From the NCBI GenBank assembly GCA_038241705.1, contig JBBSSV010000001.1:1-24173 (forward strand): a DNA stretch of 24,173 nucleotides, given 5' to 3'. Of the stretch, positions 1 through 11,781 are shown piece after piece. The notes under the pieces are model-generated. The model had not been told where the DNA came from. It made no database searches and saw only the letters and a program-made list of their open reading frames with translations. This DNA is from Burkholderiales bacterium (lineage in GTDB: Bacteria > Pseudomonadota > Gammaproteobacteria > Burkholderiales > Burkholderiaceae_D). How positions within the stretch are numbered: the stretch's first letter is position 1; each line of letters starts with the position of its first letter. The translations under genes were made by a program, and so were the position numbers.

Positions 1-881
1 AATTGGAGCGGCTGGGGCAGCAACTGCGTCAGCAAGAAGAAAGTCGCATGCAATGTGAGCGCGGGCTGCAGCCACAACGTGATCAGATTACAGCGCTCCA
101 ACTGAAAGAGCAGGCCGCACGCCTGAGCCAAGAACAATACGCCCAGCATCTGCTGGAAGCAGGTGCGGATGAGGCAAGTCTGTCTCGGCAGTTGCAATCC
201 GACATGCGTCCGTCAACCTTGCAGGCTGAGTTTGCGCGCCTGAGCAGCGCGATTACAACCTTGGGTGCAGTCAACCTAGCCGCTTTGGAGGAACTGACGC
301 AGGCTTCAGCACGCAAGAATTTTCTGGATGCGCAGCATGCGGACTTGGCGGAGGCGATTGCTACACTAGAAAATGCAATTGCCAGGATCGACAGAGAAAC
401 GCGTGATCTGCTGCAGGAGACTTTCAATCAGGTCAATCGGCACTTCGGTGAGCTGTTTCCCGTTTTGTTTGGAGGTGGCACTGCCCGGCTAATCATGACT
501 GGGGAAGAGGTTCTGGATTCCGGCGTGCAGGTCATGGCGCAACCGCCCGGTAAGAAAAACGCCACCATTCACTTGCTTTCAGGGGGCGAAAAGGCCCTGA
601 CTGCTACCGCACTGGTGTTTTCCATGTTTCAGCTGAATCCTGCTCCGTTTTGCCTGCTGGATGAAGTTGACGCGCCCCTTGATGATGCCAACACCGAACG
701 TTTTTGCAATATGGTGCGGCGCATGTCGACCAATACCCAGTTCTTGTTCATTTCTCATAATCGCATTGCCATGGAAATGGCTCAGCAACTGATTGGCGTC
801 ACTATGCAAGAGCAGGGGGTCTCACGCATCGTGGCGGTGGACATGGAGACGGCAACCGTGCTGGCAAAAACGACGGACTGA
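1..881 (+). CDS. smc: Chromosome segregation protein SMC, C-terminal part (5'-truncated by window edge)
   Basis: Open frame from the window start. Coiled-coil followed by the SMC ATPase head motifs [10 protein letters not shown] (signature), [10 protein letters not shown] (Walker B/D-loop) and FISHN (H-loop). TGA at 879-881. Confidence 0.97.
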   Translation, partial: LERLGQQLRQQEESRMQCERGLQPQRDQITALQLKEQAARLSQEQYAQHLLEAGADEASLSRQLQSDMRPSTLQAEFARLSSAITTLGAVNLAALEELTQASARKNFLDAQHADLAEAIATLENAIARIDRETRDLLQETFNQVNRHFGELFPVLFGGGTARLIMTGEEVLDSGVQVMAQPPGKKNATIHLLSGGEKALTATALVFSMFQLNPAPFCLLDEVDAPLDDANTERFCNMVRRMSTNTQFLFISHNRIAMEMAQQLIGVTMQEQGVSRIVAVDMETATVLAKTTD

Positions 882-933
882 TACTGTGTGCGGCCTTTAC
901 CGCTCTATTTCAATTTCTGCCAAAACTGGATTG

Positions 934-1143
934 TCAGTGCCGTGCCGAGCGTGCCATGGCTGCGCGTTTTTGATAGTAGGCCACGTTCAATTGCGCTTCG
1001 CGGGCACGGTTTTGCTCCACATCGGCGCAGCGCAGATAATGATCTTCGGCGCGTCGCAGCCACCATTGTTTTACCATCCGCATGACTGGATTGACAGAAA
1101 GCATAGTCAACTCTTGCAACTTGTAATCTTTGACCTGGGACAT
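934..1143 (-). CDS. Small basic, probably helical hypothetical protein (~69 aa; alternative starts at 1164 or 1104)
   Basis: ORF MSQVKDYKLQELTMLSVNPVMRMVKQWWLRRAEDHYLRCADVEQNRAREAQLNVAYYQKRAAMARSARH. Purine-rich SD-like AAAAGGGGG lies 5 nt before the ATG at 1143. It does not overlap a known gene, has protein-like composition, and has a candidate promoter upstream. No family recognised. Confidence 0.65.
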   Translation of the reverse strand: MSQVKDYKLQELTMLSVNPVMRMVKQWWLRRAEDHYLRCADVEQNRAREAQLNVAYYQKRAAMARSARH

Positions 1144-1302
1144 GTAGACCCCCTTTTCGGTCATTAATAGGAAGTATTGGCTTCCTTTCCTGATGCGTTG
1201 TCATACAGGCCCTGAAAATCAGCCTTTCATGGACTTGGTCAATACAACACAATGGCCGCAACAGCTGGTCGGAAGGTAGAATGGCAGCCTCCAATGGCTG
1301 TC

Positions 1303-1308
1303 ATCTTA
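1303..1308 (-). promoter_or_regulatory. Putative -10 element (TAAGAT) of an FNR class II-type promoter for the small ORF
   Basis: Minus-strand TAAGAT at 1308->1303 implies a TSS near 1296, which puts the centre of the 1331-1344 palindrome at about -41.5. Confidence 0.45.
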
Positions 1309-1330
1309 GTATCTGCTTGAGATAATTATA

Positions 1331-1344
1331 TTGATTGCAGTCAA
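1331..1344. promoter_or_regulatory. FNR/Anr-like (Crp-Fnr family) binding site
   Basis: TTGAT-TGCA-GTCAA, one mismatch from the established FNR consensus TTGAT-N4-ATCAA, in an intergenic AT-rich stretch. Confidence 0.6.
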
Positions 1345-1405
1345 CATTTTAGGCGGGTTTTAAAACGGACAAACAGGCAAAATTGCTCCTGTGATAAAGC
1401 AAGGG

Positions 1406-1434
1406 TTTATCGTCTGCTTGCGGCTGGTTAAAAT
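1406..1434 (+). promoter_or_regulatory. Putative sigma70 promoter reading toward zipA
   Basis: TTTATC (1406-1411), 17-bp spacer, TAAAAT (1429-1434). Consensus match only. Confidence 0.35.
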
Positions 1435-1710
1435 AGTAGGTCTGACTGTCAGCCCTGTTTGCAAATGCTGGCTATTGCTTCACGCAGCGTCGTATGAAAT
1501 ACGATGCACACTCTGGACAAGCATGCTTTGAAGTTAGGCGCGCTCTGGAGCGAAGGACAACCAAGACGACATCTTCGCTTTACAACTATTTCCAAGAGAT
1601 GACATTTCGTTTCGAAAGCGACGTGTTAAATACGACTACAAAATTTCGGATGCGCCCTTGCTGCCAAGCGCGTAGCCCAGACATCCGGTAACGAATTAAG
1701 GTAATCAAGA

Positions 1711-5810
<4,100 letters not shown>

Positions 5811-5814
<4 letters not shown>

Positions 5815-6344
5815 GTTTGCGGGAAATCCTGAAAATGGGCGACCCGCGTCTACTGCATCAGGCTGAGCCAGTCACGGCGTTCGATACGCCAGAGTTGTAC
5901 GCCCTGATCGAGGATTTGTTCGAGACCATGCACGCGGCCAATGGCGCCGGCTTGGCTGCGCCCCAGATCGGTGTCAACCTGCAGGTGGTGATTTTTGGCT
6001 TTGAACACAACCCGCGCTATCCGGAAGTCTCGCCCGTGCCGCAAACCGTGCTGCTGAATCCGGTATTGACGCCTTTGACCACGGAAAAAGAAGACGACTG
6101 GGAAGGTTGCTTGTCAGTGCCCGGGATGCGCGGCAAGGTGCCTCGCTGGACAGCCCTGCGTTACGAAGGGTTTGACCAGTATGGTGCACCCATCCGGCGT
6201 GAAGTCGAAGGTTTTCATGCGCGCGTGGTGCAGCATGAGTGCGACCATTTGGTAGGTATTCTTTACCCGATGCGCATTCGCGATTTTTCCCACTTTGGTT
6301 ATGTGGACGTGCTGTTTCCGGAACTGAAGCCCCAAAGTGATTGA
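5811..6344 (+). CDS. def: Peptide deformylase
   Basis: All three PDF motifs present: [22 protein letters not shown] overlap with the galU stop. Confidence 0.96.
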
Positions 6345-6381
6345 GCGCTGGTCTCTGGCCGCATCCAGGTATTTCCCCTGC

Positions 6382-7128
6382 CTAGAACACTTCTTCCGCG
6401 CCCAGGTAACGCCATTGGCCCACTGGCAAGTTGCCCAGCTTGACCTGGCCAATTCGGACCCGTTTTAGTCCCAACACTTCCAATCCCACTGCTTCGCACA
6501 TGTGACGGATCTGACGCTTCTTGCCTTCACGTAGGACAAAGCTGAGTTGGTCCTCATTTTGCCAGCGCACCTTGGCCGGCAGCAGCTTCTTTCCATCCAG
6601 TGACAAACCATAGTTCAGGCGTTTCAGATCGGCCTCGGGTAAACGGCCAGGCTTGGTATAGCGCACCCGCACCAGATATTCCTTGTCGACTTCGCTGTGT
6701 TCGCCAATCAGATGCTTGGCGATGCGGCCATCCTGGGTGAGCACCAGAAGACCCACCGAATCGATGTCCAGTCTGCCAGCAGGCACCAGGCTGCGCAGCT
6801 GGCTGGGATGAAAGGCCACAGGTGCCTGATCTTCCTGCCAGCGCGTCTCGCTATTCACCAACGTGACCGCCGGCTTGTGGCCATCTTCTGCCTGTCCGCT
6901 AACAAAGCCGACGGGCTTGTTGATTAAAATGGTCACTCGCCGTGCCTGCTGGACACTGGCCTGGCGCTCAACCTGAATGCGCTGTTGTGGCAAGACCTTG
7001 CTGCCCAGCACATCTACTACTTTGCCATCTACCCGGACCCAGCCCTTTTCTATCCAGGCGTCGGCCTCGCGGCGCGAGCACAATCCAAGTTCAGACATGC
7101 GTTTGGAAAGACGGACGGGTTCGGTCAT
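6382..7128 (-). CDS. rRNA pseudouridine synthase, RsuA/RluB/RluE/RluF family with N-terminal S4 domain
   Basis: S4-like RLSKRMSELGLCSRREAD...V.VDG, NKPVG, catalytic GRLDIDS, EGKKRQIR, L.RVRIG. Subfamily cannot be assigned by eye. Confidence 0.92.
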   Translation of the reverse strand: MTEPVRLSKRMSELGLCSRREADAWIEKGWVRVDGKVVDVLGSKVLPQQRIQVERQASVQQARRVTILINKPVGFVSGQAEDGHKPAVTLVNSETRWQEDQAPVAFHPSQLRSLVPAGRLDIDSVGLLVLTQDGRIAKHLIGEHSEVDKEYLVRVRYTKPGRLPEADLKRLNYGLSLDGKKLLPAKVRWQNEDQLSFVLREGKKRQIRHMCEAVGLEVLGLKRVRIGQVKLGNLPVGQWRYLGAEEVF

Positions 7129-7137
7129 GGCAACAAC

Positions 7138-9762
7138 TCAGTGAAAGGAACAAGAAAGTGATGTAGGGGCGAAAGAGTTGCTGACCCCAGCCGCGGGCTG
7201 GAGGGCGGCCAAGAGATCGGTTTCAAACTGGATTTGGCCGCGCGCACTATTCAACACAGCACCATCGATCAGGAAGCTGTCTTCCACCCGTTCACCCATG
7301 GTCATGATCTTGGCGCTGTGCAGGTTGATACGATGCATGGCTAACGTATGGGCAATCGAATATAGCAAACCTGGGCGGTCTCCTGCAATGATCGACAACA
7401 GATAGTAATGGCCGCGCTCGTCTGGGCTCAAGTTCACAACCGGGCGCAGGGGAAAATTGCGCGATTGACGCGAGGTTTTGCCAACGCATGGCAGTAGCAG
7501 GGGCAGATCCTTGGCTAGCGTCTGTCCAAGTTCATATTCGACCAAGCTGATAATATCGCGATAGGAGTCGGCAAAAGCCGGGGCAGCCACCAAAAATGTA
7601 TCCAAGGCATAGCCTTGCGTGCTGGTATGAATACGCGCATCGAGCACGCTGAATTGTTTGCGCTCGAAATAGGCGCAGATGTGGGCAAACAGATCGGCTT
7701 GGTCACGCGCATAGACACTTACCTGCAAACCTTCGCCGATGGGCGCCAGCCGGCCTTTCACAAGAGCGTGGGTGGAATTAGTTTTGTCGTGCAGGAAACG
7801 GGTTTGCCAGGCAATGTCGCCGGCGTCATGTCTTAAAAAATAAGCATTGTCCAGTTGTCGCCAGAGCGCCTGGTGCGCATTGTCAGACAGGCCGTGCAGC
7901 CGCAGCAAACGCAGGGCTTCATCTTGCCTGGTTTTGAGTTCACGGTCGGCGCAGGGCACTTCACCGCTAATGGCGCGAAGGGTCTGGCGGTACAGTTCCT
8001 CCAGCAGCTTGCCTTTCCAGGCATTCCATACTTTGGGGCTAGTGCCGCGGATATCAGCGACCGTCAGCAAATACAACGCGGTCAGACGCTGTTCGGTACC
8101 GACCAGCCTGGCAAATTTCTGGATTACCCTCGGATCGGACAGGTCCTGTTTTTGGGCAGTATGGGACAAGCTGAGATGATGTTCGACCAAGAACACCACG
8201 AGTTCGGTGTCGGCTGCGCCCAGGCCATGGTCCCTGCAAAAGTTGCGAGCGTCGGCCATGCCCAAGCGTGAATGGTCGCCGCCACGACCCTTGGCAATGT
8301 CATGGAACAACGCCGCGATGTAGAGCAGCCACGGCTGGGCGAAGCGCGCCATGAGCTGGTTGCAGAACGGATATTCGTGGGCGTGTTCGGCCAGGGTGAA
8401 ACGACGCAGGTTGCGCACCACCATCAGGATATGGTGGTCAACGGTATAGACATGAAACAGGTCATGCTGCATCTGCCCGACGATCTGCCGGAAGGCGGGC
8501 AAATAGCGCCCGAGGATGCTGGTATCGTTCATGCGCCGCAACGTATGGGTAATGCCCTGGGGTGACTGCAGAATCTGCAGGAACAGCTTGCGGTTGGCAG
8601 GTTCGCGCCGGAAGGCAGCATTAATTCGAAAACGGGCATGCCAGAGAGCGCGCAAGGTGCGTGCGCTCATGCCTTTCAGCTCGGAATGTAGCGACAGCAG
8701 CAAGAAGCCTTCCAGCATGGTGTGTGGCGCAACCTGGAACGTATCGTCGGCGGCAATGTCGAGAAAATCATTGACCTTGTTAAAGTGGTGGTTCAGCGCT
8801 CGGGTGTGGCGGGGCTGAGGGTTCAGTTTGGCTTCAATGTTCTGCAGCAGGATGGTATTGAGTTGGGTGACCGCCTTGGCTGCCCAATAATAGTGCTGCA
8901 TCAAGAATTCGCTGGCGCGTCGGGTATCGGTGGTGTGAAAGCCAAAGGATTCGGCCACCGGCGTTTGCAAGTCAAACAACAACCGGTCTTCGCGCCGCCC
9001 CGCCTCTAGGTGCAGCCGGATGCGGATATCCTTGAACACCTGTTCTTTTTGGCGTAGCTGACGTGCCTCGACTGACGTAATCAAGCCGTTTTCAGCCAGC
9101 TTGTCCCAAGAATTACCCAAGCCGGCGGCCTGCGCGACCCACAGGATGACCTGTAGGTCGCGCAGACCGCCGGGACTTTCCTTGCAGTTAGGCTCCAGAC
9201 TGTAGGGCGTGTCTTCATACTTGAAGTGCCGTTGCCGCATTTCGAGGGTTTTTTCTTTGAAAAACGCCAACGGCTGCAATTGTGCGCTATGGGCCTGGCG
9301 CAGCTTGTCGAACAGTCCGACATTGCCTGCCAAGAGACGCGCTTCCAGTAGACCGGTCTGCACGGCGATATGGTCGGCACAAGCTTGCAGGCATTCGTCT
9401 AAGGTACGAATACTGTGTCCGGGTTCTATGCCCAAGTCCCATAGCGCTTGGATCAGTTCCTCGAGTCGGGTCTGATCACCGGGAGATGCGGAGTCTTGCA
9501 ATAACACCAGTACATCTACATCGGAGCAGGGAAATAGCTCACCCCGGCCATAGCCGCCCACAGCCAGCAAGGCTGCTGAGGAAGGCAGATGTGCCGCCTG
9601 CCATAGTTGCTGCAAGACGGCGTCAACGTTCGTCGACAGGCAAGCTAGCAACACGTCGGGTGTTGCGCTGGCAGCAAAATCGTTCAGGGCGGATTGCCGC
9701 GCCTGCTCCAGTTGGGCTTTCAGCGCCGGAACAAGGGGTGCCAAGGATACACCTTCCGCCAT
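7138..9762 (-). CDS. glnD: Bifunctional PII uridylyltransferase/uridylyl-removing enzyme
   Basis: AVGGYGRGEL.P.SDVD nucleotidyltransferase motif, EPNCKESPGGLRD, HD domain (HDIAKGRGGDHS) and two C-terminal ACT domains. Lies directly downstream of map. Confidence 0.97.
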   Translation of the reverse strand: MAEGVSLAPLVPALKAQLEQARQSALNDFAASATPDVLLACLSTNVDAVLQQLWQAAHLPSSAALLAVGGYGRGELFPCSDVDVLVLLQDSASPGDQTRLEELIQALWDLGIEPGHSIRTLDECLQACADHIAVQTGLLEARLLAGNVGLFDKLRQAHSAQLQPLAFFKEKTLEMRQRHFKYEDTPYSLEPNCKESPGGLRDLQVILWVAQAAGLGNSWDKLAENGLITSVEARQLRQKEQVFKDIRIRLHLEAGRREDRLLFDLQTPVAESFGFHTTDTRRASEFLMQHYYWAAKAVTQLNTILLQNIEAKLNPQPRHTRALNHHFNKVNDFLDIAADDTFQVAPHTMLEGFLLLSLHSELKGMSARTLRALWHARFRINAAFRREPANRKLFLQILQSPQGITHTLRRMNDTSILGRYLPAFRQIVGQMQHDLFHVYTVDHHILMVVRNLRRFTLAEHAHEYPFCNQLMARFAQPWLLYIAALFHDIAKGRGGDHSRLGMADARNFCRDHGLGAADTELVVFLVEHHLSLSHTAQKQDLSDPRVIQKFARLVGTEQRLTALYLLTVADIRGTSPKVWNAWKGKLLEELYRQTLRAISGEVPCADRELKTRQDEALRLLRLHGLSDNAHQALWRQLDNAYFLRHDAGDIAWQTRFLHDKTNSTHALVKGRLAPIGEGLQVSVYARDQADLFAHICAYFERKQFSVLDARIHTSTQGYALDTFLVAAPAFADSYRDIISLVEYELGQTLAKDLPLLLPCVGKTSRQSRNFPLRPVVNLSPDERGHYYLLSIIAGDRPGLLYSIAHTLAMHRINLHSAKIMTMGERVEDSFLIDGAVLNSARGQIQFETDLLAALQPAAGVSNSFAPTSLSCSFH

Positions 9763-9773
9763 AGCCTTGAGGC

Positions 9774-10601
9774 TCAGTTACCAGCCTTAGGGCTGGCTGC
9801 CTGAATGAACGCAGGCGGTGGCGGAGTGCCGGCGGACTGGGTCATGATTTCATAGCCAATGTCCGTCACCAGAACGGTGTGCTCCCACTGCGCCGACAGG
9901 CTGCGATCCTTGGTCTTGATAGTCCAGCCATCATTCATCTCGCGCATTTCACGCCGACCGGCATTGATCATAGGTTCGACCGTAAAAATCATGCCGGCCT
10001 TCAACTCTTCCAGTGTGCCGGGTCGACCATAATGCAACACCTGCGGCTCTTCATGAAATACCTTGCCAATGCCATGACCGCAGAATTCGCGCACGACGCT
10101 ATAGCCGGCTTTTTCAGCATGCTGTTGAATGACGAAACCGATATCCCCCAGATGGGCGCCTGGACGGATCTGATCTATACCCAGCCACATACATTCATAT
10201 GTGATCTCGGACAGGCGCCGGGCCAGGATCGACGGCTCACCTACAAAGAACATGCGACTGGTGTCACCGTGATAGCCGTTTTTGATGACTGTGATGTCGA
10301 TATTGAGTGCGTCGCCGTTCTTCAGGGCCTTATCGCCAGGAATGCCATGACAAATCACATCGTTGAGCGAGGTGCAGATCGACTTGGGATAAGGTGTGTA
10401 GCCAGATGGACAGTAGTTGAGCGGCGCTGGAATGGTGCCCTGGACGTTGACCATGTAGTCATGGCACAGCCGATCAAGTTCGCCAGTGGTGGCTCCCGCC
10501 TTAATATGGGGCGTAATGAAGTCCAGTACTTCAGAAGCGAGGCGGCCGGCAAGGCGCATAGCGCTGATGTCTTCAGCGGTTTTTATTGAAATAGAGGACA
10601 T
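9774..10601 (-). CDS. map: Methionine aminopeptidase type I
   Basis: ICHGIP, NIDIT, GDTSRMF, GHGIG, TVEPMIN, SAQWEHT metal-ligand motifs. Start placed at MSSISIKTAED (10601) by similarity to typical Map N-termini; in-frame upstream starts at 10637/10643 are possible. Confidence 0.96.
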   Translation of the reverse strand: MSSISIKTAEDISAMRLAGRLASEVLDFITPHIKAGATTGELDRLCHDYMVNVQGTIPAPLNYCPSGYTPYPKSICTSLNDVICHGIPGDKALKNGDALNIDITVIKNGYHGDTSRMFFVGEPSILARRLSEITYECMWLGIDQIRPGAHLGDIGFVIQQHAEKAGYSVVREFCGHGIGKVFHEEPQVLHYGRPGTLEELKAGMIFTVEPMINAGRREMREMNDGWTIKTKDRSLSAQWEHTVLVTDIGYEIMTQSAGTPPPPAFIQAASPKAGN

Positions 10602-10664
10602 AGGAGAATGGAAGACGGCGCCGCATGAAATCATCATGGGCACGAAGTTTTAAATGATGCGTTC

Positions 10665-10670
10665 ATTATA
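10665..10670 (-). promoter_or_regulatory. Putative -10 of the map-glnD promoter
   Basis: Perfect TATAAT on the minus strand about 64 nt upstream of the map start. No good -35 at 17 bp (TTGGAC at 19 bp). Confidence 0.45.
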
Positions 10671-10712
10671 AACGAGGGCAGGTCGTATCGTCCAAAAGCG
10701 GACGATCGCGAC

Positions 10713-10749
10713 TTGAACGTCAACCTCTTTTTAGAGTATTATCACGCCC
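10713..10749 (+). promoter_or_regulatory. Putative sigma70 promoter of the rpsB-tsf operon
   Basis: TTGAAC (10713-10718), 18 bp, TATTAT (10737-10742), followed by the GC-rich discriminator-like CACGCCC typical of ribosomal promoters. Confidence 0.5.
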
Positions 10750-10800
10750 TGAGATCGGCGTTAGCCGGTGTCGGCAAGCAAGTAATTGTAGTAAATGGCG

Positions 10801-10878
10801 AATCCGGCCCACATAAAAGGGTGCCTGCTCCGAAGCAGGTGACTGGCCGGGTTCAAGACTTAACCCTGGAGAAATATC
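10801..10878 (+). promoter_or_regulatory. rpsB 5' leader (t44/S2 autoregulatory-like structured RNA)
   Basis: Outer stem AATCCGGCC (10801-09) / GGCCGGGTT (10845-53) enclosing AAAAGGGUG and the hairpin CCTGCT-CCGA-AGCAGG (10824-39). SD GGAG at 10868-71. Position between map and rpsB matches the known t44/rpsB leader. Confidence 0.6.
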
Positions 10879-11646
10879 ATGTCCGTTACCATGCGTGAAA
10901 TGCTGGAAGCAGGTGTCCATTTCGGACATCAAACCCGCTTGTGGAACCCCAAGATGGCCCCTTATATCTTCGGCCATCGCAACAAAATCCACATCGTCAA
11001 CCTGGAAAAAACCCTGGCTATGTACCAGGACGCGATGAAGTACATCCGTCAGTTGTCCGCCAACGGCGGCACCATCATGATGGTCGGTACCAAGCGTCAG
11101 GCTCGTGACATCATTGCCCAGGAAGCTCAGCGTGCAGGCGTACCGTATGTCGATCAGCGCTGGCTGGGTGGCATGCTGACCAACTTTAAGACGATCAGGA
11201 CCTCAATCAAGCGTCTGAAGGACATGGAAGCTGCAGTGGAAGACGGTTCCCTCGAGAAAATGAGCAAGAAAGAGGGCCTGATGTTCGAGCGCGAAATGGA
11301 AAAGCTGCAAAAATCCATTGGCGGCATCAAAGACATGAACGGCTTGCCTGACGCCATTTTCGTGATCGACGTTGGCTACCACAAGGGCACCATCACCGAA
11401 GCCCAGAAACTGGGAATTCCTCTGGTCGGTGTGGTCGATACCAACCACACGCCCATCGGAATTGACCATGTCATTCCCGGTAACGATGACTCCTCCAAAG
11501 CCATTGCGCTGTATGCACGCGGTGTTGCTGACTCCATCCTGGCAGGTCGCTCAAGCGCCACCAGCGATCTGGTCAAAGCTATTCGTGCAGATGAAAGTGG
11601 TGAAGAGGAATTCGTCGAAGTCAGCGAGCCAAGCGAACAGGCTTGA
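10879..11646 (+). CDS. rpsB: 30S ribosomal protein S2
   Basis: [37 protein letters not shown] motifs. Confidence 0.98.
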   Translation: MSVTMREMLEAGVHFGHQTRLWNPKMAPYIFGHRNKIHIVNLEKTLAMYQDAMKYIRQLSANGGTIMMVGTKRQARDIIAQEAQRAGVPYVDQRWLGGMLTNFKTIRTSIKRLKDMEAAVEDGSLEKMSKKEGLMFEREMEKLQKSIGGIKDMNGLPDAIFVIDVGYHKGTITEAQKLGIPLVGVVDTNHTPIGIDHVIPGNDDSSKAIALYARGVADSILAGRSSATSDLVKAIRADESGEEEFVEVSEPSEQA

Positions 11647-11679
11647 TCCACTTTTGAAGATACTGATTCAGTAAGTGGC

Positions 11680-11713
11680 AAAAAAGGGGCAACTGAAGTT
11701 CGCCCCTTTTTTT
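11680..11713 (+). terminator. Intrinsic terminator/attenuator between rpsB and tsf
   Basis: AAAAAAGGGGC-AACTGAAGTTC-GCCCCTTTTTTT: GC stem with a U7 tail and an A-tract on the other side, so potentially bidirectional. Confidence 0.85.
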
Positions 11714-11781
11714 CGAGCAGATAGATAAACAATTTTTAAGATGGGTGCTGTAGCAGCATCCATGGTCCAAGGAGAATTTTA

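Noticed and set aside
905-1294. 129-aa minus-strand ORF overlapping the small ORF and starting near the predicted TSS
   Set aside because: TTG start without an SD (leaderless starts are normally AUG) and a less protein-like translation than the 934-1143 frame.
1494-1691. 65-aa ORF upstream of zipA
   Set aside because: No SD, start codon buried in a 9-bp hairpin and no recognisable motif. Kept only as a possible uORF within the leader finding.
882-1710. Possible LexA (CTGT-N8-ACAG), CRP, DnaA or parS sites, or a mobile element scar, in the smc-zipA spacer
   Set aside because: No acceptable consensus matches, terminal inverted repeats, target duplications or transposase fragments were found by eye.
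7138-7200. Short Ser-rich C-terminal tail on GlnD
   Set aside because: Variable tails are common, and there is no sign of a lost stop or frameshift.
9879-10589. 236-aa antisense ORF over map
   Set aside because: Same in-register shadow effect; the translation has no recognisable features.
10602-10628. Plus-strand AGGAGA followed by ATG, antisense to the map start region
   Set aside because: SD-ATG spacing is about 0 nt and the ORF is only 6 codons (MEDGAA).
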